Of a stretch of 64,000 bases of DNA, positions 23,958 through 37,267 are shown piece after piece. Made by a program: the position numbers and the translations under genes. This DNA comes from Malacoraja senta. Its lineage: Eukaryota. Below the pieces are notes generated by a model. It saw nothing but the letters and a program-made list of their open reading frames with translations, was not told the DNA's origin and made no database searches. Position 1 is the first letter of the stretch. Each line of letters opens with the position of its first letter. Where the stretch lies: contig CM075989.1 of the NCBI GenBank assembly GCA_038087875.1, positions 10,852,001 to 10,916,000 of the forward strand, written 5' to 3'.

Positions 23958-25224
23958 CTGTGGGAATATCAGAAAAGATGGGGGATCAAAACTGCGGGAA
24001 ATTAAAATTCAATATGATTTTTAAATAAACAGAGAATGCGATAGATGCTCAACAGGTCAGGCAGCATCAGTGAAGAGAGAAACAGTTAACAGTACAAGTG
24101 AATGTCCCTTCATCAGAATCAGGAAAGTGAGATAAACACATTCCATTGGGAACAAGAGAATGTGTGTGACAGGGTGGAGATCCAAGTGACTGCAGTCCCC
24201 ACCCTAACACACTCTTTGTTCTCACCACTCCTACAGCTCTCTCCAACTTGATATGAAATAGTTTTCTTGCTCGAAGAACACAATGCTGAAGTAACTCAGC
24301 AGGTCACGCAACATCCCTAAAGAACATGGATAGGTGACGTTTTGGGTTAGGAACCCTTTTCAGTTGAGAACTCACTATGTTTAAAAAAAGAAACTCTGGA
24401 TGAGCAGATGAACAGCCTTAAGCTGCAGAACTATTAACCAAGAACTAATTAGTGGCGTCTGAAGAAAGGTCCCAACCCGTCTGAAGAAGGGCCCTGACCT
24501 GCCTGAAGAAGGGTTCCGACCTAAATATCATCTGTCCATGTTCTCCAGAGATGCTGCTTGACTCGCTGAGTTACCCCAGCGCTTTGTTTTACTCAGCAGT
24601 GAGAATTGTCAAATGTCCATTTTTGACCATCTTGGATTTGGGCTGAATGGCCTCCATCACAATGTTATATGGTTCGATCACTGGTGGATTTCTGGGGTGA
24701 TTGCAAAGACTCAGTTGAAAAGAGAAGGGCCAAAGGTCAGTACTATGCATACTGTGTCAGCAGTACTAAAGCCGTCGTGGAGGAAGCAGTGGGACTGCTG
24801 CCAGCAAAACACAAGCACTTTATATATTGTTGCAAGGGATGAGATTGTTACAACTGTCCAGACGTAGTCCTTGTGTTTAATTTTCCAAATGGTGCCATGT
24901 TTCCATTGATTCAGGCAAACACTGGACATCATGTAGCATCCTATAATTCCAACAGCCCCAAACTCCGATTTACTCCCATCACTATGGCGCACTAAACAAA
25001 CCTCCTTGTTATAGAACTATTACCCAAAACAGGGACATTTTACAGGAAGGAACAATGACAGTTCTGAAGGCTTGGAGTTGTCAGATCAGTCAACAATCCT
25101 GCATGTCCCACGTCCCTTTTATGTTGCAGCTGCTTCCTTGTAAAGCTAAAATACACGTTGAGCTGCCTTCACTGCTTGAATGGAACTCCACTGGAGCTGT
25201 TCCCACACAGTTTAAGTGTATTAT

Positions 25225-25770
25225 TATGTGGTACGAATACAATGAAAATCTTCCAGCTTGCAGCAGCATCAAAGGCACGTTGACTCAGACAACACAAAAA
25301 ATAAAATAAATAAGAGAGTGAAAAAACAAAGATTGCAAAAACAAGACACGAGTGCAAAAAATAGAAAACAAGTCCATGGTGGGGCAAGATGTGGTCCGTA
25401 GTGTTCTGTTGCCGAGTTAGGATTAGGGTTGTGCAGGTCTGTTCAAGAACCTGATGGTTGTAGGAAAGTAGCTGCTCTTGAACCCGGCGGTGTGGGACGC
25501 CAGTTTTCTGTACCTCCTGCCCGATAGAGAAGAGGACATGGCCCGGCCCGATGGTGGGATCATTGATGATACTTGCAGCATTTTTGAGGTAGCGTCTCAC
25601 GTAGATATTCTTGATGGTGGGAAGAATTGTGCCAAGATGACGGGGCCGAGTCCACCACTCTCTGCAGCTTCTTGCATTCCTGTGCGTTGGAATTGCTGAA
25701 CCAGGACATGATGCAACCTGACAGGATACTTTCTACAGTGCATCTATGGAAGTTTGCTGGAGTATTTGGT
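25225..25770 (-). mobile_element. Rex1/Babar-type LINE 3' fragment (degenerate)
   Basis: ANFHRCTVESILSGCIMSWFSNSNAQECKKLQRVV is the typical post-RT C-terminus of Rex1/Babar elements. Confidence 0.7.
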
Positions 25771-27766
25771 GACATGCAGAGTAGACAATCGGAACCTTTT
25801 CCCCCAGGATGAAAAAAATAAAATACTTGAGGGCATAGCATTAAGGTGAGAAGGATGAAGTGCGAGGCAAGTTTTTTGTTTCACACCGAGGGTGAAGTGA
25901 GCCTGGAATGTGCTGCCAAGGGCATTGGTGAGGCAGATATGACAGTGACATTTGAGACTTCTGAACAGCACATGGATATTCAAGGAATGAAGGGATATGG
26001 ATTATGTGCAGCAGATAATTGTTGGTTTTGGCATCATGTTCGGCACAGATGTTGTGGGCCAAACGGCCAGTAGTTTTATGTTCTGATGTTCTAATATTCA
26101 GCATGAACATTTAGCATTCCTTTGGCATAAGGCAAGAACAGTAATGTGCAAACTAAAGATTCATTGCTCCTGACTGCTCTAGACATGCACACATGTTTAA
26201 CTTGATATTTGAACTGTAACACAATGAATCAGGCAAATTAAAGTGTAGTAATTTTACTGTATTCTTGCATCTTAAATAACCAGAACAAAATAGACAGCTC
26301 GTTGTCATTAATTGAAGCTTCAGTTAGCATATAAAGTAAGCAATTTAGCTCAACCTTTTAGATTGTTACTCTTAATCAAAGGCAAAAGGTCTCGCAAACT
26401 GGTGAACATGTTGTTCATAGCTATGAATTTCCAACTTGTTTAGCATCTTTATCATGGCTAAAATATCCCAAGGTGCTTCAGATGGTTATTAAATTGGATG
26501 AACAATTGCTTGGTCAAAGCGGCAGAAAGAGAGACAAAGATGGGAGGGTTGGGGAGAAAATGCCAGGGCTCAGGATCCAGGCAACAGAAGGAAGGACTGG
26601 CAATGATGGAGCAATTAAACCAGGGATAATTGAAAGGCTCAGATTGGGGGAACAGCAATCCCGTGGAAGGGTTGTCGAGGTAGAAGAGACTACAGACGTA
26701 GGGAAGACCGAGAACATGAAAGGATTAAAAAATGTAGGTAAATCAAGGTGCTATTTGCTGGAAGCTAGGGCTGTTTATAATCTGAGGGATGAGTGAATGG
26801 GAGTTGTTGCGAGTAAGCCACAGCCTAGCTGAGTTTTGGACAAAGTGTACAACCGTGGTAGTCAAAGAATCGCTGTACAAAGCACTTTCTTTAGAACCCC
26901 CTGTGAGACTGTTGTCCAAACCTACTGCAGTATTCTGTACCAAACCAACTTGAGGTCAACGGGCACCAGATAACCATTAGTTGTTCTAACCCACTTGCAA
27001 ATCCACTATAGGTTTATTTTCTGCCTGCCACCAGCCAGAAGGTCCCTCCCATGGGAGGCAATCCAACGGTTATAAGAATCTGATATGTTAACCATTTTGA
27101 ATAGAGGTATCCGCACCATCAACTCACTGCAATGCCCTCGCTGTTCACTTCTATTAAAGTGTTTTGGTTGTCCTAAGGATTTTCACTCCATAGCCATGCA
27201 GTTAACACATCAAGTACTTTTTTTTTTAAAACAATATATTGTGTGCAAGATCTTTATACTTAAATTACCTCAATGTTAAGGCCTCACTTGCCCACAAAAC
27301 TCCAAACTCTTGGCACTCTTTAATACTGGTTAAAACTAAACCAGACAGGAGAGACGAGTAGATTAACTTCTAAGAATGTATTTTATGGATGCGAGAATTC
27401 CCTGCCCATTCTTAATTCCCACCACAGGAGATGAGGCACCTCTGTCAACAGTTGCAGTCTATGTTTTGTTGCAGCGAAAGGTCACATTCATCATGAAAAA
27501 CATTAATTCATCAGCGAGCTAGGAAGGGTTGCCAAGTAGGATGGAATTAATATGTGCCAAGTTATGATTTAACAGAAACTCACTCACCTCCATCTCACTA
27601 TTAACCTTCTAGCTCACACTTTGAAATAAAAAACTAATTATTTCCAAGATGTTGAAAAAGCACAATGGCTGAGAGCACAGCGAGTGTACAGTGACAATGA
27701 CAAGACTAGGTCCCGTGCATGTTTAAGATGTGGATATATCATGCATATTAATTATGGTCAACTTAC

Positions 27767-27916
27767 AGCCAGCTGTTGCTCCAGGTTTTTGATCTGGTTC
27801 TGGAGTGCCTCCATTTGCTGACTCGGTCTCTTGGGGTTATTGGCAGAGTAGGAAAGCTGTGACAGGCCATTCAGTGCCTGCTTCAGCCTTTCCACGTCAG
27901 TTAACAGCTCTGTAAT
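27767..27916 (-). CDS. UACA: UACA exon, ITELLTDVERLKQALNGLSQLSYSANNPKRPSQQMEALQNQIKNLEQQLA
   Basis: tag acceptor and GTAAGT donor, 150 nt, phase 0/0. Contains the conserved ITELLxDVERLKQALNGLSQL block. Confidence 0.95.
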
Positions 27917-28777
27917 CTATCCAGAGGAGAGGGGGGAAAAATGTACAACTTGGTCAATTCACACACCACTTCCTTCAACAGTCGCAGTTGGTCAAGTCAC
28001 ACACCAAGTAGTCCCAACGCAAGGCAGAATCGACATGATGCAGTAAAACTTCAACAATCCAGAACATTCTGCACTTCTGGTGATAGCAGAACTACAGATT
28101 TTTCAGACGACTGAATGATCAGAATTAACATCAGGCAAAAATCAAACTGCTGGAGGAACGCAGCAGATCAGGCAGCATCTGTGGAGGCAAAGGGACAGTC
28201 GACGATTTGGGTCAAGACACCCCATCAGGACCCATGTAGAGTCTCGACCCAAAGTGTTTACAGATGTTGCCTAACCCACTGAATTCCTCCAGCAGTTCAT
28301 CTTTTGCTCCAGATTCCAACATCCATAATCCATTGTCTCTTATTACCACCCCAACACAACTTGAATTTGTTTTGGAAAAATTTTGTTCATTACACAATCT
28401 TAAAAAAATTAATTTCCCTGGGAACATGGCAAGATTAAAGGATGCATGAGAACCCATGCAGAGTCTCGAACCCATGCAAGTCGTAAGGGAGTGTAGCAAA
28501 CATTACTGGGTGAGATACCAGACAATTAGGATTTCCAAAATGTCAGAGCGGGAATTATTGGAGCTTTACTGTAGGCATGATGGATTTACGATCAAATGTA
28601 AGCGAAGGTTTCTGAAACAATCTTCTGCAAATAAGATTTCATTTCTGCACCACCTTTTCTGATGCAGTACATCTCATCGATAATTAGTACTTTCTAAAGG
28701 TGTTCACAGCAATTGTAATGTAAACGCATCAGACAATTTGCCCCAGCAAGTCTTTTCAAACAAGAAAGTACCAATGA

Positions 28778-28980
28778 TAGACAAAGTGTTGGAGTAACTC
28801 AGCGGGTCAGGCAGCATCTCTGGAGAAAAAGGATAGGTGACATTTTGGTTCGAAAGTCTGAAGAAGGGTTCCAACCCTAAACGCCACCTTTCTCTCCAGA
28901 GATGCTGCCTGACCCACTGAGATACTCCAGCACTTTGTGTTCTATCTTTGATATAAACTAGCATCTGCCATTCTTTGTTT
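28778..28980. mobile_element. Palindromic Penelope-derived repeat in a UACA intron
   Basis: ACAAAGTGTTGGAGTAACTCAGCGGGTCAGGCAGCATCTCTGGAGA... and its reverse complement, with CTGAAGAAGGG in the centre. Confidence 0.75.
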
Positions 28981-29254
28981 CTATAAGAAGGTGCCAATGG
29001 TCAGTGATGATTTTGTTCTTCAAGTGATTCTGTTGTTTGTTGCGGCATTGAGGAAAACACCTCTGCTCTTGGAAATATCACCACTGAACCAGAGGCAATG
29101 TAATGGTTCAATATTCCATCGTGTGAACTGCCTCTCTAATATTAGATTTTGACTCCAGAGTAGCTAGGTCTTGCAGGAGAAACAAAACAAATGCAAATGA
29201 TCCATTTCATCATTTTATATTTTTTTAAAGAACTGCAAATTAAAATATCTCAGC

Positions 29255-29530
29255 TTAGTTTAGTTTTGAGATAGAGTGCAGAAACAGGACCTTCTGCCCA
29301 CCGAGTCCGCACCGACCAGCAATCCCCGTACACTAACACTATCCTACACACTAGGGACAATTTACAATTTTTACCAAAGCCAAATAACCGACAAACCTGT
29401 ATGTCTTTGCAGTGTGGGAGAAAACCTGAGCACCCGGGGTAAACCCATGCAGTCACAGGGAGAAGATACAAACTCCATACAGACTGCCCCTAAAAGGCAG
29501 CAACTCCACCGCCGTGCCACCATGCTGCCC
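29255..29530 (-). mobile_element. HE1-like SINE
   Basis: Minus-strand head GGGCAGCATGGTGGCACGGCGGTGGAG, V-domain, and a (CTAAA)n tail. Confidence 0.8.
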
Positions 29531-29921
29531 TATCGAGTTACTTGAGCCCACAATAAAACACCTTGAAACCCATCCTCTAAGTCATTTCATTCAAGAGTGG
29601 AGCTTCAGCATCTCTCATGTTTCAGATTTCCTTATAACAGAGGATGCGGCCATTTGGCCCATTGAGTTCATGCTACTCTCAGTGCACCCTCACTTCCCTT
29701 TCCCTCACTTATTTCCCCAACATTCACTCTACCAAGCAAATGCCAGGTTTTCAACAAACTTTGTGTGTAGAAGTTTGCCCCAAACCTCTTACTGGATCAG
29801 CTAATAATTTTACATTCATCTTTGACTGTCTCAGAAATGAAAACAATTAAGTCTCCCCCACAAAGAAAAACCCAGTGCCCAGATGTCATTGTCAATAACA
29901 AGGCAATTTCCTTCATATTAC

Positions 29922-32627
29922 CTTGTTATCCTTGGCCTCAATTTGCTTGGCAGATTCCTGAATGCTTTTCTGCAAATCACAGATTGTTGCCATGGATTCA
30001 TCATATTTATTTTTCAGCTCTTTAATTTCCTGTTCAAAGCTGAATGTTTTCGATTGAAAGGTCTCCTTTTCATCTTTAGCTGCTAGTTCTTTCTCTTTGG
30101 CATGCAACACTTCAGTAGACATGTGCTCGTGCTTCTCCTTCAACTTGGTCAGGTTTTCAGTTAATGAGTTTATCTGTGCTTCTAAAGATGTCTTCACCCT
30201 TTTGTGCTCTGACAAGTCCAATACTTGCTTTGCCTCCAGTTCTGTTATTGTTCTCGTCATTGCATCAGTATCCATGTGTAACTTGGAAATCTCTAAAACT
30301 TTTCCTTTCATTTCTTCCTCCCTCTCATTCATCTGGTTCTTCAGCTCTATAATATCTTCTTCCATCTTCTCTTTCAACTCATTGTGCTGCTGAAGTAGTA
30401 GATAATCTTTCCTCTGATCATCCAACTGGAGGAGGAGAGTGGCTACTTTCTCTTCCTCCTGCTCCAAAGAGTCCTTCACTTGTTCTTTTTCCTGCTGCAG
30501 CTCAGTAACTCTGCTGCACAGCGATTTTTTCATGCTTTCAAACTCCTCAACGGGAATGTATTCTAACCTTATTTTCTCTTCCAACACTTGGGCGGCCAAC
30601 TGCAGCCTGGCATTCTCTGCCTGTGACCTTTCATTCTGTAATTCAGAATCCACAATCCTCTTCTTCACTTCTTCCACTTGCTCATCCTTTTCTTCCATAC
30701 CACTGACAAACTTGCTTTCCATTTCTTCATACACGGCTTTGGAAATGTAATGGCATTCCAGATTTCCCTCCAACTGTGTAACCATTTTCATCAGCTCTTC
30801 TGTCTCTCCCTCGTATCGATCGGCTTTCCCTTGAAACACAGAACATTGCTGAGTTTTCTCTGACAATTGATTCTTCAGGTTATTCACCATGGCATTAACT
30901 GCATTCTGGTTTTCCTTGTAATTTTCAATGGGAATAAACTGTGACTTGATGGATTCTTGCAGTGTTCGAAATCTGTTCACCTGGCTTTCCTTTTCCTTGC
31001 TCAGTGCCACAACCTGCTCCTGAATCTCCTTGTAATTCAATTGAGTGTGTTCAACCTGCTTTTGAAGTCCCTCCTCTTTTCTGTTCCAGGCAGCCTTCAT
31101 TTCTTCATGCTGCTGAAGACTAACGTAGTCTCTCTGCACTTCATTGCACAGTTCAGCCAGCTGGTCTTTCAGTTCCTTATTTTCCTGCTCACACTTTGCC
31201 AATTCGTCTTGTACTACATTACATTTCTGCATCACAGTCGACAGCTCGATCGCAGCTTTCTCTGAAGTCGTGCTCAGGTGGGTTCTTAGTTCTTCGTGCT
31301 TTTCCAGGGGCACATATTGATTCTTCAATGATTCTTTCACGGCAACGATTTCTTTGAGTACATTCTCAGTCTCTTGTTGTGCCTGGCCATACTTCTTGTT
31401 GAGTTCATCCAGTTCCTTCTTCGAGCTGCCCAAGATGGAATTCAGCGCTATTATCTCCTCTTTGTGTTTCTCTGGAGGAACATATAGAGACTTCACATGA
31501 TTCAGGTTTTCACTTATTGTGTTCTTCTCAAGTCTTAACCCTTCTGCTTGTCTCAAAGCGTCCTTGTGCCTTTGTGAAACCTCGGAAATTTGCTTGTTCA
31601 GATCTTGAACTGCCTGGTTCAATGAAGATTTCATTTCGTCATGCATCTTCAAAGGTACGTAATGTGTTTTAAGTTTGTGTTTGAAGTCTTCCAGCTCAGC
31701 TTTGATAGTAACGTTCTCCAGTTTAATAGCTTCATTTTCCTTCTGCAACTTCTGATGCTTCTGCGTAACATCAGTAAGGATACCACTCTGGTTCTCCAAC
31801 TTTCCCTTCAGCAACTGATACTGCTCAATCTTCACACATGCCGCTATCTGGGCTCGCTCTCGCTCCAAGTCCTTCTGCAATTGAACAACTTCCACCTGTG
31901 CTCTCTCGTACTTGTTCCCCGTCGACGCCACCTGCTTCTCCTTCTCTTCCAACTTACTGAGGAACGAGTTTCTCATGTTCTCAAACTCTTCTGCCTGCAC
32001 GCACTGCGACAGCTTTGCCTTCACGCTCTTCAGTTCACCTTCAACTGCACCGACCCTTTTCTCTGCCTCCTGCTTCCTTTGCTCCGCCGTGCTCAAAGCC
32101 TTCTGCAGCTCTTTCACCTCCTTCATGTGCTGCTCCACATCCACAACCGGTTCCTCGATCGATAAAGCACCCAGTTTAATTTGGTGCTCCAACCTCTCCA
32201 CATTACCCACAGCTTCCTCGTATTTCGATTTCACTTCCCTCAGCTGATTTTTAAGTTCTTCCACCATCCTGTTGCTTCCCGCTGAGCCCTGCTTTGAAAG
32301 GTGATCCTTCAGGGCATTAACATGCGCTTGTAGGATCTTCACTTTACCTTCCGACTCAAACATTCGCTTCTGCACATCATTCAACGCATCCTCTAGCTGT
32401 CTAATCTGCTCATCCGATTCCTGCTTCACACGGTTGCACTCGTCTCTCAGGACATCACACTGCTTATTCCTGCTCACTAGCTCCTGCTGGAGACTGCCCT
32501 TCTCCTTCTTTGCCGTCTCAAACCACCTCCTCATCATCTCCAGATCCTTCACGTTTTCATATGTACCAGGTGTGCCGTGATCAATCAGCAACATATCACT
32601 TGACCCAACAGCCGATTTGGAAGAATG
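29922..32627 (-). CDS. UACA: UACA large coiled-coil exon (2706 nt, 902 codons)
   Basis: Acceptor atttttatttcag|CAT (11 codons before the ORF-track Met) and donor AAG|GTAATA, open throughout. Contains the UACA blocks SDEQIRQLEDALNDVQKRMFESEGKVK and IQESAKQIEAKDNK. Confidence 0.97.
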
Positions 32628-33196
32628 CTGAAATAAAAATATTTAGAAAGCCATTACTACAGCATAACAAGTTGAATGAAATATCCAAAACGCGTGGTGA
32701 TTTTGTGAAATTATTTGACAACTGGTGCCGTGATCCTAAATGCTATTTCATCAATTCGAGGCAAATTATCGTGATCTACCTCAACCAACTAGATCCGATC
32801 TCCCAACTTGCCTCATTGCAGACCTTGCACTTTTTTCACTGCACTTTCTCTGTAACTGCAACACCATAATGCTGTAACACTACATTCTGCACTCGGTATT
32901 TTTTCTCTTTGCTTCGTACTTGTGCATGGCTTGATAGTACTCATGTATAGCATGATTTGACAATAGTACACAAAAAAGTTTTCACTGTGTCTCAGTACAC
33001 TATAATAAATACTAATCCTATAATAATTACTAATCCTATTGTTGGTAATAACCAACTTATTAGCAAAATATCCACCTGTTTCTAATAATGTTGTTGGCCT
33101 AATCCATATGAATAAAATGAAGCTGCCTGCTTATGGAGGGCACCTACATAAGAAATTGTATAAAAACCCTTGAAACATGTCCAAAATGGAATGCTT

Positions 33197-33507
33197 CTTA
33201 GTTTAAAGATACAGCATGGGAACAGGCCATTCGGCCCGCCGAGTCCACGTGACCATCGATCACCCATTCTCACTAGTTCAATGTTATCCCACTTATCCCC
33301 TCTCTACACATTAGGGGCAATATACAGAAGCCAATTAACCGACAAACCCAGATGTCTTTGCAATGTGCGGGAAACCGAAGCAGCTGGAGGAAACTCACGT
33401 GGTCACAGGGAGAACGTGCTGAACTCCAGACAGACAGCCATCCGAAGTCAGGATCGAACTAGGGACCCTGGTGCCGTGAGGCAGCGACTGTACCAACTGT
33501 GGCACTG
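33197..33507 (-). mobile_element. HE1-like SINE
   Basis: Minus-strand GTGCCACAGTTGGTACAG...AGTTCGATCC head, V-domain and CR1-like tail. Confidence 0.75.
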
Positions 33508-33880
33508 TACCAATCTTTGGCTTCTGGGCCTTTGATTTCTCTAGTTCTACAACCCTCCTCCTTCTATTCAATATATCAAAACCAGGCAAATTGAGGAGGG
33601 AACTCAGCAGGTCATGCAGCATCCATGGAAGGAAATGGACAGGTGACATTTAAGGTCGGGACCCTTCTTCCCATTCATCTGTCAATTTTCCAGAGGCGGT
33701 GATAGGGATACACGAGATAGATGGGATGAGCATAACCGGATGTTTTTGAGGTCAGCATGACCAATACACCAAAGGGTCTTTTTTACCTGTTGTACCACAC
33801 TATACTGCAAGAAAAATGGGTCCAGCTATCCAATTGATTTTATAGACCATGTCAAGCAGGATTTTAAAAAAGTCACTTAC

Positions 33881-33933
33881 TTGTGATTCCATGCCCAAAA
33901 GGTTAAGCTCCTTAACAGCTAGTTCTTCTTTCA
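33881..33933 (-). CDS. UACA: UACA exon (53 nt), (V)KEELAVKELNLLGMESQ
   Basis: Polypyrimidine tract with aag acceptor and GTAAGT donor. Phase 1/0 fits both neighbouring exons. Confidence 0.85.
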
Positions 33934-35505
33934 CTTGTTTCGGAAAAAAATGAAACAGAAAACAAATATTTATTACAAAGTGTGCTTACACATTTTTAAT
34001 TATATTTGGCAATTTTACACTCAGTTCATTCCATAATTGGATTTGCAATATGATTTTCTTCACACCTCAAAGGAATGAAAAAATAAATTATGTGAAACAC
34101 TAAATACGCTACAAAATAATTGAGAACTTGGCTTGGAACTGGGCTCTTGATCTCGGGAATAGGTACCTGAAGATGGAACATGATTCTTTGTCATCTAGAG
34201 ATCTTGCGTGAATCATGCTCGGGGAAATTTTAATCCATTTCTGGGTGTTATCAGAATTCTGCTCTTTACAACTGGTGTTTATAGAGCATCATTAACAACA
34301 GCCAAATATAACTGGTTTCTTTCAGATATGAGGTGATATCAGCAATACCCTCTCTCCTCAGTGGGGTTTGTCAATGAGAGCAGCTTTAATGAGTTTTCAG
34401 AAAGGGAATCTGATCAATCCATGAAGGAAACAAAAAACAAGGGATTTGCAATAAGACTGGGCAGTAGGATTAGCCAGATTATGCCTCAAGAAAACCAGCA
34501 TGGGTTCAATGGGACAAATGGCCACATTCTACACGTTGTATTCCATTCAGCACAAAGCACAAATTTCACATGGAGGAACCACACAGGCCTTCTGACTGAA
34601 AGCATACAGGTAGTGCATCGGAGTTGAGAATTTAAGTGCACTGTTAGGATAGAGCAAAATTGACATTACATCTGGGAACACTCAGCATTCCTAAAAAATT
34701 GGAAAGCATCTTCCAACACAAAGCATCTGATTCCTTAATGTATGCCAAAGGATAAATAATTTACATATAAACCCTGCTAATTAACACACTTCACATGCTT
34801 GTGAAAAGATTTTCACTATAGAAACCTTGAAAAATCTGAATGCCCTTTCTGATTGAAGGATAGATTTGAGTGCCAGCAGCTGCCTTGAGAGAAATGCTTT
34901 CATTATTTTAGATTGCTTCCTATTTCACAGTTCAGCTGCAATGGGACAGCACAAGCTCAACATGCAAACAATTGAAGTGCATTACATCTACCCAAGACAC
35001 CAGCCAGTTAACAAAGAAGTAATCAGGAATCTGTCCACTTAAAAAAAAACTAATCAAAGCCAAGATTGTTTGCTCGATGCAATAAGGGTAAAATACACAG
35101 GCTTTGCAGTCATAAAAACAACAAGATCTTGAAATACCACAATTACTAATGAATTAACCATTCACAGCCAAGGAACTAATAAAATATCACTTAAAACACT
35201 GCATTCATTGGAGCTCCCGAGAGCAACATGAATAATTGCATAAGTTCTTAGATATTCACAGCATTGCATCCCAAGGAAAGATCACCGTTCAAATTTTTGT
35301 CACACATTTATCAATTTACATCTGATAAATGCATTACAAATCAAATTACACAAAAATTAAACTTTTATTCATGTAAATTTGTCTATGTCACTATAATGAG
35401 AGCGTCACCATTCAGCAATGCATTTCTTTGCTGACCATTCCAAAAATGTAAATTCATGGGTGCAAAATATCAAAGTCAGAATACTCAAAAAATATTTGTA
35501 CTTAC

Positions 35506-35554
35506 CCTTTGCTGCCTGGATTCCAGCTGTCATTTGTTCATATAGATGCCCAGC
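35506..35554 (-). CDS. UACA: UACA exon (49 nt), AGHLYEQMTAGIQAAK(V)
   Basis: ttgcag acceptor and G|GTAAGT donor. Phase 0/1 bridges the 41832 and 33933 exons. Peptide similarity is weak. Confidence 0.7.
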
Positions 35555-35904
35555 CTGCAATCATAACATCAACACACAAGGTTCATTGAGAGTAAATGGG
35601 AAGCTCCACCAGCAACTAGTATTGATACAGCAAATTCAGCATAATTAAAATGTGCAAGTTTTGGTTATTACAGCTTTTTATCCAATGAATAAAAAGAGGT
35701 GGTCACAAGAGGTGGTATTCAGACAGATCAAATGCTTGGTCAAAGCAATGTTTGAAGGAACATCTTGAAAGAGAAGGGGGATTTACAAAGGGAATCACAG
35801 ACTGTAAAGTCTTAATTGCTAATTACAGAGGGACTAAACTTGTGATTGCACAGAGGTCAGGACTGGAGAAGCAAAGAACTGTGAGCACCTAGATCTCCAG
35901 GAAC

Positions 35905-36135
35905 CAGTGTGTAGGAAGAAACTGCCAATGCTGTTTTAAACCAAAGATAGAAAAAAATGCTGGAGTAACTCAGCGAGACAGGCAGCATCCCTGTAGAGAA
36001 GGAATGGGTGACGTTTTGGGTCGAGAACGTTCTTCGGACCTGAAGAAGAGACTCGACCTGAAACGTCACCCATCCCGTCCCTCCAGATTTGCTGCCTGTC
36101 CCGTTGAGTTACTCCAGCATTTTGTGTCTATCTCC
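35905..36135. mobile_element. Palindromic Penelope-derived repeat
   Basis: AAAATGCTGGAGTAACTCAGCGAGACAGGCAGC...GCTGCCTGTCCCGTTGAGTTACTCCAGCATTTT, with a degenerate CTGAAGA...GAAACGTC core. Confidence 0.75.
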
Positions 36136-37267
36136 AGGATCCAGACTGTCCTGGTGTAAATCTTAAAGGATCAATGAGGTACAGCTCCATCCAGTTTCGT
36201 GTCTGCTTACATGCAAGTCTTTTTTTTCTTAGAATCAATGTTAAACCACATCATTGGGAAAATAATGGTATTCTTTGACAGAGACAATGACAGAGAAAGA
36301 GCACCCAAATAATGGGAAAATAGTTTTATCCTCTGCTTCAAAAACAATCTCAAAATTAATGAAAAATCAATTCAAGCCAGCAAAACATACCACACAATCT
36401 TTGCAGGACTTGAAAGTTAGTAAGAAAGAGCTTGGGCACGGCATGCAGAGGGATTGGAATGTATTATGGACTGCACTCACTCTGTAACTCAGTCAACATT
36501 ATCAACCAAAAGAGAGATTGAAGACCTGATTCAGAACATGACTATTTCAAATACGTAACTCGGAGGCATCAACAGAACCAGGCAAATTAATTGTGACTTT
36601 TTTCCTGTATCTGCACTTAATCGCACTGCAGAAGAATGTAGACATCTGGAATATGGCTCACAGGGACACAAAAACAGAAACAGCCACAACTGAATGATAT
36701 CCTTCATCTGTCCAGGGTGAAAGCTATGGCAATCAGATTGACTGTCCCATTGTTTACTTCCTGCATTTTGAAGGGGGAAATAATAGGTTTAATAACAATT
36801 ATTTCAATGGAATTTGAGACAAGGGGGTCATTGACTGGAAAATTGTGAGATGAAGTTCAGAAGCATTTCTGCACACAGGGTAACAAAAGCTTGTAATTTC
36901 TGCCAATGCCAACTGATATTGGTTGAATAGTTGATTTAACATCTAAGAGTTAGGGATTTTTGTTAATGAACTGCATTAAGATTGTTGGTGAAAGGGTGTG
37001 TGAATAGATTCAACCATGGTTGTCCTGAAGACAGTAAGAGTTGACCATGTAGGCTTCTCAAGGGGAACCAGTTCATTACCAATTTTTAACCAGGGTATTA
37101 GGGATGCCTCATTTAGTTTCTCGTTAAATATCTTAACATTTTAAACTGTGTAGCCTCCATGGCTTCGTCCTTCTCAATCTGCTTAATCTTCTACAGCCCT
37201 ACAATGCTCCAAGATATGTGCACTCTGCTAATTCCAGACAATTTCAACTTTGCAGTTAATGATATTA

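Noticed and set aside
30097..32247. Several plus-strand ORFs (e.g. 31641-32165, 30439-30750) opposite the large exon
   Set aside because: Antisense shadows of the E/K/Q/L-rich coiled-coil codons, with Ser/Phe/Leu-rich translations and no independent gene signals.
29913..32594. 893-aa ORF as a standalone single-exon gene
   Set aside because: It is an internal exon: the splice acceptor is at 32627, the donor at 29922, and in-frame UACA exons lie on both sides.
29922..32627. Alternative identity as RAI14, ANKRD24 or a myosin/golgin
   Set aside because: The C-terminal exons (ITELLTDVERLKQALNGLSQL, DADRQH.EVIAIYRTHLL, GHMDEDVQ.ALLQII) match UACA best as I recall it. Reciprocal BLAST would confirm.
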